Source of the DNA: an uncultured bacterium
GTDB lineage: Bacteria; CAIJMQ01
Length of the DNA stretch: 64,000 nucleotides
NCBI GenBank assembly: GCA_903821905.1
Contig: CAIJMQ010000121.1
Span: 695-64,694, forward strand
Direction of reading: 5' to 3'
Positions 1 through 9,908 of the stretch are shown piece after piece. Each line of letters starts with the position of its first letter. Within the stretch, counting starts at the first letter, position 1. Made by a program: the position numbers and the translations under genes. A model generated the notes under the pieces. The model searched no databases. It saw only the letters and a list, made by a program, of their open reading frames with translations, and was not told where the DNA came from.

Positions 1-1346
1 TTTGTTCCGTTGTAATTCAAATGATTGCCGGAACCACTAGCAATATAAATACCGAGATTACTATTGGAATTAGCCGTATTGTCAGTTAAAATATTTGAGG
101 AAGAATTAAGATAGATACCGATATTGTTTAAGTTTGCTTCGTTGTAATTCAAATGATTGCCGGAACCTCCAGTAATAAAAATACCGGTATTACTATTGGA
201 ATTAGCCGTATTGCCGGTGCCTGGCGTTTCATCAAGACCTAAATTATTATTGGAGGAAGAATAAAGATAGATACCGTATTGGTTTGAGTTGGCTATAACG
301 TTTTTGATTATTGAACCGGTAGAATTGCTAAAATAAATTCCGTTTCCAAAATTAGTTATATTGGCGAAATTTTGAATAGTAATGTTGCTATAGCCACCTG
401 AATTATCAATACCATTAATACCACCTTCTCCATTTAAATTATGATTGCCGCCGTTAATAGTGATATCGCTGCTTCCAACGATTAATCCCAGATTCGTCGA
501 ACAAGTTAGATCTCCTGTAAGCGTATAAGTATAGCCACTTTTTCCTACAACCATATTGCTGCAAACACAGTTAGTGTCAGTTATTCCGTCGTAGTCGGTA
601 TCGCCGCAGGTTACAGTGTTAATGTTACTTGTGCCTAAATCCATGAAATCAGTTCCATTACCCGTCATTGTGTTGCTTATTAGGGTGTTGTTTGAGGAGT
701 CAGGATCAAGATAGATGCCGTATAAAGTGTTTAAGTTTGCAATATTGCTTATTAAGATGTTTGAGGAGGAATAAGAAAAATAAATACCATTCGCGTTTGA
801 GCTTGCTTCGTTGTAATTCAAATGATTTCCTGAACCACCAGCAATAAAAATACCGGTATTACTATTGGAATTAGCAGTGTTGCCGGTGCCCAATGTAGTT
901 CCTAGATAATTTTCGGAAGAATTAAGAAGATAAATGCCATCTTGAGTGTTTAAATTAGTAGTATTATTAGTTAAGGTATTGGAATTAGAAGAATCAAGAT
1001 AGATACCGTATTGGTTTGAACTTGTTGTAACGTTTTGGATTATTGAACCGGTAGAACTATATAAATAAATTCCGTTTCCAAAATTGGTTATACTAGCGAA
1101 ATTTTGAATAGTAATGTTGTCATAGCCACCTGAATTATCAATACCGTTAATGCCGCCATTTCCGGTTAAATTATGATTGCCACCATCAATAGTTATGCCA
1201 TCGCTTCCAACAATTAATCCCAGACTGTCCTCCGGACAAATTAAATCTCCTGTGAGCTGGTAAGTGTAACCGGACTCACCTACAACCGTATTGCCACAGG
1301 CACAGATAGTGTCAGTTGTTCCGTCATAGTCGGTATCGCCACAGTT
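1..1346. repeat. Tandem duplication of a ~735-nt (245-codon) beta-helix module inside the partial CDS; the second copy is truncated by the window edge
   Basis: The anchor cggtatcgcc (coding CGDT on the minus strand) occurs at 596 and 1331, an offset of 735 nt = 245 codons. Long near-identical stretches follow, e.g. 275-425 versus 1005-1160. A 66-nt indel (one coil) further in shifts the later anchor ttcgttgtaattcaaatgatt (about 139 versus about 808). Confidence 0.8.
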
Positions 1347-2495
1347 AGCGGTAATAGTGTTGTTTGTGCCTAAATCCAGGAAATTAGTTCCATTACCAGT
1401 TATTGCATTGCCTGTTAGGGTATTGTTTGAGGAGGAAGAATCAAGATAGATGCCGGTAGTGTTTAAGCTTGTAATATTGCCCATAAAGTTGTTTGAGTCA
1501 GAATCAAGATAGATGCCGAAATTAGCGTTTGACCTTGCAATATTGGCAGTTAGGGTGCTGTTCGAGGAATCAGGATCAAGATAGATGCCGTATTGGTTTG
1601 AGTTGACTGTAACTTTTTTGATTGTTGAACCGGTAGAATTGTCTAAATAAATGCCATAAACACCTGAACCTGCTGTTACATTCTCAATAGTTGAACCGGT
1701 AGAGCTTTTTAAATATACACCCGCCCAACTATTGGCTAACGTTGTGGCGTTTTTAACGGTTACATTAGTGCAGTTTATGCACCAAACCATCCCTATGTTT
1801 GCATTGCTGAAATCATGTGTTTGATTTGATTGACCGTAGTAATAATAGATAGGGTTGTCGTCACCGTCTTCTACTCCAGAGTAATTTGTAGTATCTATAT
1901 TATTATTGTAATCAGAAATAGCAGAGCCCGTTACAAAAAGATTGCCAGAGAGATTATCGTACATTTTATTGTTAGTAAGGATGCTACCTGGAGAATTGTT
2001 TAAATAGATGCCGTAGGTAGGATAACTATTATCGCCCATATAAGGGCCATTGCCATATATGGTATTGGTTATAACTTGTGCTCCTGGAGAATTATTCAAA
2101 TAAATACCTTTGCCGAAATAAACAATGCCTCCACCCCACTCTCCAAGAATAGATCCGAAATTCTCAATAATAACTCCGCTGTGGCCATTAGTATCAATTC
2201 CTATATTATTACCATTTCCGCTATCATTATAAAGAAAACAATGGTTTCCATTAATAGTAATCCCATCTGCTCCAACAATTAAACCAGTACCGCCGTAGCA
2301 ATGTAAATCACCACTTAAAGTATACGGGCCATAAGTACCTACTACGGTATCGCCGCAATTACAAGGGATATACGTAGTAGCATTTATCCATCCACAATTA
2401 GCCGCTTGAATAGTATTAGCCAATCCCAAAACAGCTGTGCTTATTATCAATATAGATAAAGAAACAAGTGCTAATTTTTTATTCTGTATTTTCAT
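1..2495 (-). CDS. Secreted multi-module right-handed parallel beta-helix (PbH1/NosD-like) repeat protein; C-terminal part lies beyond the left window edge
   Basis: Absent from the supplied ORF track because it has no stop inside the window. Hand translation of the minus strand from ATG 2495..2493 gives MKIQNKKLALVSLSILIISTAVLGLANTIQA/ANCGWINATTYIPCNCGDTVVGTYGPYTLSGDLHCYGGTGLIVGADGITINGN... The frame stays open down to nt 3. The body consists of ~22-aa coils of the form N..N.(Y)GIYL.SS.NN.L..N. There are three module heads of the form C.C(G/S)(D/N)T.VG..GYTY.LTGDL.C...GLIVG...ITI.GG. Confidence 0.85.
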   Translation of the reverse strand, partial: MKIQNKKLALVSLSILIISTAVLGLANTIQAANCGWINATTYIPCNCGDTVVGTYGPYTLSGDLHCYGGTGLIVGADGITINGNHCFLYNDSGNGNNIGIDTNGHSGVIIENFGSILGEWGGGIVYFGKGIYLNNSPGAQVITNTIYGNGPYMGDNSYPTYGIYLNNSPGSILTNNKMYDNLSGNLFVTGSAISDYNNNIDTTNYSGVEDGDDNPIYYYYGQSNQTHDFSNANIGMVWCINCTNVTVKNATTLANSWAGVYLKSSTGSTIENVTAGSGVYGIYLDNSTGSTIKKVTVNSNQYGIYLDPDSSNSTLTANIARSNANFGIYLDSDSNNFMGNITSLNTTGIYLDSSSSNNTLTGNAITGNGTNFLDLGTNNTITANCGDTDYDGTTDTICACGNTVVGESGYTYQLTGDLICPEDSLGLIVGSDGITIDGGNHNLTGNGGINGIDNSGGYDNITIQNFASITNFGNGIYLYSSTGSIIQNVTTSSNQYGIYLDSSNSNTLTNNTTNLNTQDGIYLLNSSENYLGTTLGTGNTANSNSNTGIFIAGGSGNHLNYNEASSNANGIYFSYSSSNILISNIANLNTLYGIYLDPDSSNNTLISNTMTGNGTDFMDLGTSNINTVTCGDTDYDGITDTNCVCSNMVVGKSGYTYTLTGDLTCSTNLGLIVGSSDITINGGNHNLNGEGGINGIDNSGGYSNITIQNFANITNFGNGIYFSNSTGSIIKNVIANSNQYGIYLYSSSNNNLGLDETPGTGNTANSNSNTGIFITGGSGNHLNYNEANLNNIGIYLNSSSNILTDNTANSNSNLGIYIASGSGNHLNYNGT

Positions 2496-2584
2496 AATTA
2501 ACATACTCTTAATATATTCACTCTATCAATATAATACTAGACATCAAAGTTACAATTCAAAATTTAAATTTGAATTTTAATTTA

Positions 2585-2962
2585 TTATTTTAATACTCTC
2601 TCAACTTTTATCTTCTCTCCGTCTTCTACTTTTGAAAATTGTTTTGCATCTCCTAACATTTTTCCAAAAATATTTACAGGACTTGCAGGTCTTATTTCTT
2701 TACCTTTGCTTATAGGAGTCGGACCAAAAAATATACAAAAACAACTACCTGATGGCCAAAAACCAAGATCTCCTTCTTGAACTATCTCTTTTGCATTGTT
2801 TTCTTCCAATCTTAAAGGAATAGAAAAATAGATTTCTTCCCCCCACCTATTAACTTCCTTCTCAATAGGGAGAATCTTCCACATCTTTTCAGCAGTATTG
2901 GAATTATTCAATTCAGCTTCCATCTGCACTTGAGATATTGAAATTTTTATTTTTTTAGCCAT
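2585..2962 (-). CDS. Small cyclophilin-like-fold protein (TM1367/PF04126-like), function unknown
   Basis: 125-aa ORF. The pattern ...WGEEIYFSIP...GDLGFWPSGSCFCIFFGPTP...PVNIFGK resembles the small cyclophilin-like family as I remember it. An AAAGGA RBS lies upstream of the ATG. Family assignment is from memory only. Confidence 0.5.
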   Translation of the reverse strand: MAKKIKISISQVQMEAELNNSNTAEKMWKILPIEKEVNRWGEEIYFSIPLRLEENNAKEIVQEGDLGFWPSGSCFCIFFGPTPISKGKEIRPASPVNIFGKMLGDAKQFSKVEDGEKIKVERVLK

Positions 2963-3050
2963 TATTAAATGATCCTTTTAACTTATTAATTAAAATTGTA
3001 GCATAGATTCAAGCTTAGTGGAATTTCAAAATCATCTTGGAGGGCGAGAT

Positions 3051-6000
3051 TTACAAACTCTTATTATTTTCTTCCTCAGTTACAAACACTGTCCCTTTAC
3101 CCAAAATTTCTTCAATTTTATCTATGAGGAGTTTACTTGGTTCTACTTTCATATAATTCCCAGCTAAAAGAACTGTTTCTTTGGAATCTCCAGAAACATG
3201 AAAATATACTTTGCTGTTACCTTTTGAAATCCGCAAAATATTCCTTAAAGTGGTAAAAATATCTTCGTTTGCCTGTGAATCATTAATATGTATGTGTAAT
3301 ATACGTTTTACCTCTGGAAGTGATGATAATCGAGGAATAGATCCCAGGTTTTTTATAACATCCGAGATGAGTTTCAAAGAAGAAGCAATTACTTTTAGTG
3401 TATCCCCATTCCTATCCAGTCTTCCTTCTACAATTACTTCTGAACCATCTGTTATATTAGTCTGTTCTTTCTCGAAAGCATCAGGAAATACCAAGACTTC
3501 GACATTTCCTTCCATATCTTCCAGTTTAAATATAGCCATTCTCTTCCCATCTTTTCTGGTAAATTTCTTCTGTATATTAGTTATTACTCCTCCTATTTTT
3601 ACCGATGCGGAACCGTTAAATTTGTGTAAATTAGTTGTATTGGCATTGGTAAACTTCCCAAGTATTTGTTCGTATCCAGCCAAAGGATGACCGGTTAAAT
3701 AAAAGCCCAAGAATTCTTTTTCAAATTTTAAAATTTCGGATTTACTCCATTGCGGAATTTTATTTACATCTTTTACTTCTTCATTTTCGGAAGCAGAAAA
3801 AAGAGCTATTTGTCCTTTCTTCTTTCCGGATTTTGCTTTTATATCGCCCTCCAACATGCTTATTAAATATGCCCGGTTATTATCCAAAAGGTCAAAAGCA
3901 CCACACTTAATTAAACTTTCAATCACTTTCTTTGAAACCTTTCTCGAGTCTCCTCTTTCAATAAAATCATACAAAGAAACAAAACTGCCTTTTTCTTCCC
4001 TGACTCTAATAATATCATCAACCGCCTGTTCGCCCACATTTTTAACTGCCGACAAACCAAACCTTATATTATTATCTACTACAGTAAAATTAGTTGAGCT
4101 AACGTTTATATCTGGTTGAAGAACTTTAATACCCATTTCCGTACATTCATTCATAACAATAGCCATTTTATCCCTGTTAGCTTTTTCAGAATTAAGAAGT
4201 GCCGCCATAAATTCCAACGGAAAATTAGCTTTAAGATAAGCGGTTCTATACGAGATAAAAGCATATGCAGTACTATGAGCTTTATTGAAACCATAACCGG
4301 CGAAATATGCCATATAGTCAAAAATTTTATTAGCTTTGGCTTCCGTAATACCATTTTTTTTAGCTCCCTTAACAAACTGGTCTCTCTTCTCATCCATAAC
4401 TTCCGGAATTTTTTTACCCATGGCAGCTCTTAAATCATCGGCATCTGCCAAAGAGAAATTAGCAATTTCCGAAGCTATCCGCATAACCTGCTCTTGATAA
4501 AGGATAATTCCATATGTTTCTTCCAGTATAGACTTTATTGAAGGATGGGGATAATCTATCGGCTCTTTGCCTTCTTTTCTTCTAATAAATGAATCTACCT
4601 GTCCTCCTCCTAACGGCCCGGGACGATACAGAGCTAAAAGAGCTACTAAATCTTTGAAACTTTCCGGATGCATTTTCTTTATCAATTCCCTCATACCTTC
4701 ACTTTCCAACTGAAAAACTCCTATGGTTTTTGCTGCTCTTAATAGCTTATAGGTAGGGGGATCGTTAAAAGGTAAAAGGTCAAAATCAATATCTATATTT
4801 TGCGTGGATTTAACTATTTCAACAGTGTTATATAATAAAGACAGGGTCTTCAATCCAAGAAGGTCCATTTTTAAAAGTCCAATCCTGTCCAAAGATTCCA
4901 TTGAATATTGGGTAAGAACTTCACCCTCACTCACTTGGTAAAGAGGTGTATACTCTGTTAAAGAATCTGCTGCTATAACAATCCCAGCAGCATGCGTTGA
5001 GGCATGACGAGGTAACCCTTCCAAAATATTCGATATTTGAAAAAGGGGCGGATACTTCTCTTGAAAATCTTGTAGTTCTTTATCCTTTTTCACAGCTTCG
5101 GATAATGTAAAATGTCCAAGCACGGGAATTTTTTTGGCAATCTGGTCAACTTCGCTGTAAGGCATATCAAGAACTCTACCAACATCCCTTATCACTGCTC
5201 TGGCTGCCATAGTTCCAAATGTAATTATTTGGGTAACCCTATCCTGGCCATATTTGCTTGTGACATAATTTATAACTTCATTTCTACGAGTATCAGAGAA
5301 ATCAATATCTATATCCGGCATCTTTTTCCGTCCAGGATTTAAAAATCTCTCAAAATATAATCCATACTCCAAAGGATTTATATCAGTGATACCTAACGAG
5401 AAAGCCACTAAACTACCTGCAGTAGAACCTCTGCCAGGTCCAACAGGAATACCTTTAGAGCGAGCAAAATTTATAAAATCCTGAACAATCAGAAAATAAC
5501 CGGAGAACCCCATTTTCTTTATTACTGATAATTCGTGTTCCAATCTTTCTATTGTTTTTTCATCAGCATCAGGTATCTTTCTCTTTAATCCATCGTAACA
5601 GAATCTTATAAGATATGAATCTAAGGTTTCTCCTTCAGGTACAGGGAAATGCGGAAGATGGAATTTTCCGAATTCCAACTCTAAATTGCATTTTTCAGTG
5701 ATTTCAATAGTATTGGTACAAGCTTCAGGATAGTCATTGAACATCTTTTTCATTTCTTGTGGTGATTTAAAATAGAACTCATCAGTCTGGAATTTTAATC
5801 TGTTTTCATCTTTTAAAAGAGATCCTGTTTGTATACAAAGCAAAGCATCATGTGCATAAGAGTGTTCCTTTTCAAGATAATGTACATCATTGGTAGCAAC
5901 TAACGGTATATCCAGTTTCTTGGCAATTCTGATCAGCCCTTCGTTAGCTTTCTTCTGTTCGGGCAAAGATAACTGCATAAGTTCCAAATAAAAGTTACCC

Positions 6001-6512
6001 TTGCCTAAAATCTCCTGTAAATTACCGGCTATTTGGATTGCTCCTTCTTCATCATTCTGTAATAGTTTCTGGGAGATTTCACCTTTAAGACATCCTGAAA
6101 GGGCTATTAACCCCTCCGAATATTTACTTAAGATTTCCTTGTCAATTCTCGGCCTATAATAGAATCCCTCCAAATAACCTATCGAATTAAGTTTCATCAG
6201 GTTTTTATAACCTTTATGGTCTTTACATAAAAGAGTCAGGTGATAGAAAGAAGTTTCACCACGCTCTATTTTTTTCTCTTTCCTGTCTTTGGGAGCCAGA
6301 TACATCTCGCTACCTATAATAGGCTTAATACCTTCGGAAATGGCTGTATCATAAAATTCAATAGCACCAAACATACAGCCATGGTCAGTTATGGCGAGTG
6401 CCGGCATCTTATATTCTTTCGCCTTTTTTACTAAGTCAGGAATCCTGCACATACCGTCTAAGAGGGAATACCCGGTATGCGTGTGTAAATGAACAAAATC
6501 AGAATGTTCCAT
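3051..6512 (-). CDS. dnaE: DNA polymerase III alpha subunit
   Basis: 1153 aa. N-terminal PHP domain motif HLHTHTGYSLLDG, conserved core (GPGRGSTAGSLVAFSLGIT, DIDIDF, GLLKMDLLGL) and C-terminal OB-fold region. Length is typical of DnaE. Confidence 0.95.
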   Translation of the reverse strand: MEHSDFVHLHTHTGYSLLDGMCRIPDLVKKAKEYKMPALAITDHGCMFGAIEFYDTAISEGIKPIIGSEMYLAPKDRKEKKIERGETSFYHLTLLCKDHKGYKNLMKLNSIGYLEGFYYRPRIDKEILSKYSEGLIALSGCLKGEISQKLLQNDEEGAIQIAGNLQEILGKGNFYLELMQLSLPEQKKANEGLIRIAKKLDIPLVATNDVHYLEKEHSYAHDALLCIQTGSLLKDENRLKFQTDEFYFKSPQEMKKMFNDYPEACTNTIEITEKCNLELEFGKFHLPHFPVPEGETLDSYLIRFCYDGLKRKIPDADEKTIERLEHELSVIKKMGFSGYFLIVQDFINFARSKGIPVGPGRGSTAGSLVAFSLGITDINPLEYGLYFERFLNPGRKKMPDIDIDFSDTRRNEVINYVTSKYGQDRVTQIITFGTMAARAVIRDVGRVLDMPYSEVDQIAKKIPVLGHFTLSEAVKKDKELQDFQEKYPPLFQISNILEGLPRHASTHAAGIVIAADSLTEYTPLYQVSEGEVLTQYSMESLDRIGLLKMDLLGLKTLSLLYNTVEIVKSTQNIDIDFDLLPFNDPPTYKLLRAAKTIGVFQLESEGMRELIKKMHPESFKDLVALLALYRPGPLGGGQVDSFIRRKEGKEPIDYPHPSIKSILEETYGIILYQEQVMRIASEIANFSLADADDLRAAMGKKIPEVMDEKRDQFVKGAKKNGITEAKANKIFDYMAYFAGYGFNKAHSTAYAFISYRTAYLKANFPLEFMAALLNSEKANRDKMAIVMNECTEMGIKVLQPDINVSSTNFTVVDNNIRFGLSAVKNVGEQAVDDIIRVREEKGSFVSLYDFIERGDSRKVSKKVIESLIKCGAFDLLDNNRAYLISMLEGDIKAKSGKKKGQIALFSASENEEVKDVNKIPQWSKSEILKFEKEFLGFYLTGHPLAGYEQILGKFTNANTTNLHKFNGSASVKIGGVITNIQKKFTRKDGKRMAIFKLEDMEGNVEVLVFPDAFEKEQTNITDGSEVIVEGRLDRNGDTLKVIASSLKLISDVIKNLGSIPRLSSLPEVKRILHIHINDSQANEDIFTTLRNILRISKGNSKVYFHVSGDSKETVLLAGNYMKVEPSKLLIDKIEEILGKGTVFVTEEENNKSL

Positions 6513-6530
6513 AATATTTATATTTTAGAA

Positions 6531-7280
6531 TTAGTACTCTACATCAACAAGAAATAACCCATGAGCAGGGACAACTTGTCCTTCCCTTTTTGCTTTCTTA
6601 TTTATAATCTCTTTGATTTCAGCAGGGTGCATCTTGCCTCTGCCAACTTCCAATAAGGTTGCGACTATATTTCTCACCATCTTATAGAGAAACGCATCTG
6701 CTTTTATATCAAATCTAACAACCGAGATTTTAGTTAAAAAGCTAATTTCTTCCTTTTTTATTTCTATTGATTTTACAATTTTTACTGTATTTTTTACAGG
6801 GCTACCGGAAGCTTGGAATGGAGAAAAATCATATTGTCCAATCAGGCATTCTGCTCCTTCCTGCATTCTTTTTATATTTAATTCATAAGGATAAAAATAA
6901 ACAAAATTTCTTAACCAGACTGGTGGCTCATTACTATAGACCAAATATTTGTAATGTCTCTGTTTTGCTAAATATCGAGCATGGAATTTATCATCCACAA
7001 TTTGTACATCTTTAATTCGTATGTCTGTAGGAAGCATACTATTCAAAGCTTTCTTTAGATTAAAAACGTTGAAATCTTTTTCTACCTTAAAATTCGCAAC
7101 CTGACCTAAAGCATGTGCCCCTGAATCAATTCTCCCCTGCCCTGCTATAGTAATTTTTTCATGAAATATTTTTTCAAGTTTCTTTTCGATTTTTTCTTGG
7201 ACTGTTATTTTCGTTTTTTGTCTCTGCCAACCGTGATAGTTAGTGCCTTCGTATTCAATAGTGAGTTTATAATTAACCAT
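6531..7280 (-). CDS. truA: tRNA pseudouridine(38-40) synthase
   Basis: 249 aa. N-terminal YEGTNYHGWQRQ and the catalytic-Asp motif GRIDSGAHALGQV are typical of TruA. Confidence 0.9.
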   Translation of the reverse strand: MVNYKLTIEYEGTNYHGWQRQKTKITVQEKIEKKLEKIFHEKITIAGQGRIDSGAHALGQVANFKVEKDFNVFNLKKALNSMLPTDIRIKDVQIVDDKFHARYLAKQRHYKYLVYSNEPPVWLRNFVYFYPYELNIKRMQEGAECLIGQYDFSPFQASGSPVKNTVKIVKSIEIKKEEISFLTKISVVRFDIKADAFLYKMVRNIVATLLEVGRGKMHPAEIKEIINKKAKREGQVVPAHGLFLVDVEY

Positions 7281-7360
7281 ATTTTAATATTTGAATTCTA
7301 AATTATTTAGCATTTTCCCATACTTTATATCTTCGTTCAACAAATGGTAGAATAAATAAA

Positions 7361-7984
7361 ATGCTGCTGGAAAAACTAATAGTAGGTCCTATAGAAACCA
7401 ATTGTTATGTAATTGGCTGCAAGAAAACTTTAGAAGGAATAGTTATAGATCCCGGAGCAGACGGAGAAAAAATTTTAAGGGTTATTAAAAGAAATAAGCT
7501 GAAAATTAAGTATATTGTTAACACGCATGCACATATAGACCATATCGGAGCCAATAAATATCTAAAAGATGCACTTGGGTCGGAAATTTGTATGCACGAA
7601 AAAGATATAAAATTTCTAGAGAATCCTTCCTTGAATCTTTCCGTTTTAATTGAAAGGGAAATATCTTTTCCGTATCCGGATATAATACTTACTGCAAGTT
7701 CTCAGATAAATATAGGGGATTTGCAAATATCAGTCCTACATACACCCGGACATACACCTGGAAGCATATCTCTTGTTATGAATGAATGCGTATTTACGGG
7801 AGATACTCTGTTTTCGGGAAGTATAGGAAGAACAGATTTCCCTTTGGCTAACTATTCTCAGCTTATGAGGTCTATAAATAAAATATTGGCTCTGCCGGAG
7901 AATTCCCATATTTACCCTGGGCATGGACCTTCTTCCCAAGTGGGTATAGAAAAAAGAGAGAATCCTTATTTAAAAAATAAATGA
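7361..7984 (+). CDS. MBL-fold metallo-hydrolase (glyoxalase II/YcbL-like)
   Basis: 207 aa. HxHxDH motif (NTHAHIDHIG) and later HTPGHTPGS and GD..F motifs. Confidence 0.8.
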   Translation: MLLEKLIVGPIETNCYVIGCKKTLEGIVIDPGADGEKILRVIKRNKLKIKYIVNTHAHIDHIGANKYLKDALGSEICMHEKDIKFLENPSLNLSVLIEREISFPYPDIILTASSQINIGDLQISVLHTPGHTPGSISLVMNECVFTGDTLFSGSIGRTDFPLANYSQLMRSINKILALPENSHIYPGHGPSSQVGIEKRENPYLKNK

Positions 7985-8859
7985 AGAGAATTGAAGAATT
8001 TTTGCAGTTTTTAACCGTCGAGAAAGGTCTTTCTAGAAATACCATACAAGCATACCAAGCCGACCTAAGAGATTTTTATGACTTCCTTTCTAAAGCAACA
8101 ATCTCTTGGGAAAATGTTAATTATCCCCTTCTAGTTTCATATATAGAACTCCTTAGAAAAAAGGGTTTTTCTTCTTATTCCATTGCACGTAAAGTTTCTG
8201 CTATACGCAGTTTCTTTAAGTTTTTATCTGGTCAGAAATACATAAAAGAAGACCCGACTATGATTTTAGAATCATTCAGAAGAGAACGGCATCTTCCGCT
8301 CGTTCTATCTGTCAGCCAAATAAATTCAATACTTGAAAATATCGATACCGTTAAACCATCAAACCTGAGAGACAAAGCACTCCTGGAACTGCTCTATGCT
8401 ACAGGCGTCAGGGTGTCCGAAATTGTAGATTTAAAAATTGAAAACATAGACATAGAAGTTGGATATGCAAAAGTTCTGGGAAAAGGCTCTAAAGAAAGAA
8501 TCGTTCCCATAGGGAAATATGCAACAAAATGGTTAAAGAAATACTTAGAAAACATAAGACCTGCTTTCAATAAAGGCATAGATTCAAAGTATGTATTCCT
8601 AAACAAAAGAGGAATGAAACTCTCCAGGCAGAGCATATGGAAGATAATTAAAAAATATGGAAGAAAGAGCGCAATCCCTAAAATTTCTCCCCACACTTTC
8701 AGACATTCTTTTGCTACACACTTATTGGAAGGAGGAGCAGATCTCCGCTCAGTTCAGGAAATGTTAGGGCATGTAGATATATCAACAACACAGATTTATA
8801 CTCAATTAAACCGAAAAATACTGAAAGAAATCCACAAGAAATATCACCCCAGAGGATGA
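7981..8859 (+). CDS. xerD: Tyrosine site-specific recombinase of the XerC/XerD type
   Basis: 292 aa. N-terminal SAM-like domain (FLTVEKGLSRNTIQAYQADLRDF). C-terminal catalytic region ATGVRVSE ... HTFRHSFATHLLEGGADLRSVQEMLGHVDISTTQIYT. XerC versus XerD cannot be separated by eye. ATGA overlap with the upstream MBL gene. Confidence 0.8.
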   Translation: MKRIEEFLQFLTVEKGLSRNTIQAYQADLRDFYDFLSKATISWENVNYPLLVSYIELLRKKGFSSYSIARKVSAIRSFFKFLSGQKYIKEDPTMILESFRRERHLPLVLSVSQINSILENIDTVKPSNLRDKALLELLYATGVRVSEIVDLKIENIDIEVGYAKVLGKGSKERIVPIGKYATKWLKKYLENIRPAFNKGIDSKYVFLNKRGMKLSRQSIWKIIKKYGRKSAIPKISPHTFRHSFATHLLEGGADLRSVQEMLGHVDISTTQIYTQLNRKILKEIHKKYHPRG

Positions 8860-9908
8860 GTCTGAGATACACCCTTTAAGTCTATTTCGTTACTCCTATG
8901 ACATGCAGCAAAATGGGGATGTTCTTTGTTATCCACCTTATTTTCTAAAAGCGGCGGGATATCGCGGCACCTCTGGATTACATATTTACAGCGTGGTGCA
9001 AATGGACAGCCTCGTATCTCCTTAGAAAGGTCAACAACCTCACCTGAAACGGTTTCTTCAAGCCATTTGCGGTGTGGGTCAATATCAGGAACTGCTGACA
9101 GCAATGCGCTTGTATAGGGATGTCGCGGCTTATTAAAAAGTGCTTCTGTTTGGGCTACTTCTGCCAATTTCCCTGCATACATTACCACTACTCTATTACA
9201 GATGTATCTGACAACACTCAAATCGTGAGTAATAAAAATATAAGTAAGATTCATTTTTTTCTGCATATCTTCAAGAAGATTAAGAATTTGTGCTTGCACG
9301 GATACATCCAAAGCAGAAACCGGTTCATCTGCCACTACCAGTGAAGGATTTAAAGCCAATGCACGGGCTATACTTATTCTTTGTCTCTGACCGCCACTAA
9401 ATGCATGCGGATAACGCCGCGTATAACGCGGGTCAAGCCCCACTAAACTCAATAGTTCTTCAACTCTTTTCTCGCACTGTTTTTGATTCCACCCATAAGC
9501 TCTCAGTGGCTCTGCAATCAATTCCATCACAGGCATACGGGGATTAAGAGACGAATATGGGTCCTGGAAAATCATCTGTATATCGCGCCGTACTGATTTT
9601 AGTTCTTTTTTCTCTAATATCGCCATATCAACCCTTTTGCCTTTGACTGTCTTTAAAAAAACATTTCCTCCGGTGGCATCTAAAGCACGCAATATAACTT
9701 TTGCAACAGTAGTTTTTCCGCATCCGCTTTCACCTACAAGACCAAGAGTTTCTCCCGGATAAACAGAAAAAGTGACATCATTTACTGCCCTAACATATCC
9801 TGTTACCTTACCTAAAAACCCCTTTTGGAGTGAGAAATACTTCTTCAACTCTTGTACTTCCAAAATAGGTTCAATATTTTTTTTATCTTTATTCTCTAAG
9901 TTCTTCAT
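8844..9908 (-). CDS. oppF: Oligopeptide/dipeptide ABC transporter ATP-binding protein (second ATPase)
   Basis: Walker A GESGCGKTT, signature FSGGQRQRISIA, Walker B LVVADEPVSALD, and a Cys-containing Opp/Dpp-type C-terminal extension. It is the last gene of an A-B-C-D-F ordered operon. Confidence 0.8.
   Translation of the reverse strand: MKNLENKDKKNIEPILEVQELKKYFSLQKGFLGKVTGYVRAVNDVTFSVYPGETLGLVGESGCGKTTVAKVILRALDATGGNVFLKTVKGKRVDMAILEKKELKSVRRDIQMIFQDPYSSLNPRMPVMELIAEPLRAYGWNQKQCEKRVEELLSLVGLDPRYTRRYPHAFSGGQRQRISIARALALNPSLVVADEPVSALDVSVQAQILNLLEDMQKKMNLTYIFITHDLSVVRYICNRVVVMYAGKLAEVAQTEALFNKPRHPYTSALLSAVPDIDPHRKWLEETVSGEVVDLSKEIRGCPFAPRCKYVIQRCRDIPPLLENKVDNKEHPHFAACHRSNEIDLKGVSQTHPLG

Noticed and set aside
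2545-2580. AT-only palindrome AATTCAAA-TTTAAAT-TTTGAATT just downstream of the cyclophilin-like gene, and a similar AT-rich motif at 46530-46565 downstream of the giant gene; considered as terminators or a shared regulatory motif
   Set aside because: The stems contain almost no G-C pairs (only a single C-G pair in the 8-bp stem) and would be very weak. The similarity between the two sites is within what AT-rich sequence gives by chance.
3211-6434. Several plus-strand ORFs (159, 87, 105, 76 and 64 aa) and one same-strand, out-of-frame minus-strand ORF (4151..4393, 80 aa) inside dnaE
   Set aside because: They overlap a strongly supported 1153-aa gene (five antisense, one in an alternative frame of the same strand). 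Their products are low-complexity (S/F/L/I-rich) and have no start context. These are typical shadow ORFs of an AT-rich genome.
7981-8859. Tyrosine recombinase considered as the integrase of a mobile element
   Set aside because: The sequence is of the chromosomal XerC/XerD type. It is translationally coupled to a housekeeping-like MBL gene. No flanking direct repeats, tRNA target or cargo genes are visible.
8844-8859. 16-nt convergent overlap between the 3' ends of the xerD-like and oppF-like genes
   Set aside because: Short convergent overlaps are common in compact genomes. No hairpin or other signal was seen there.
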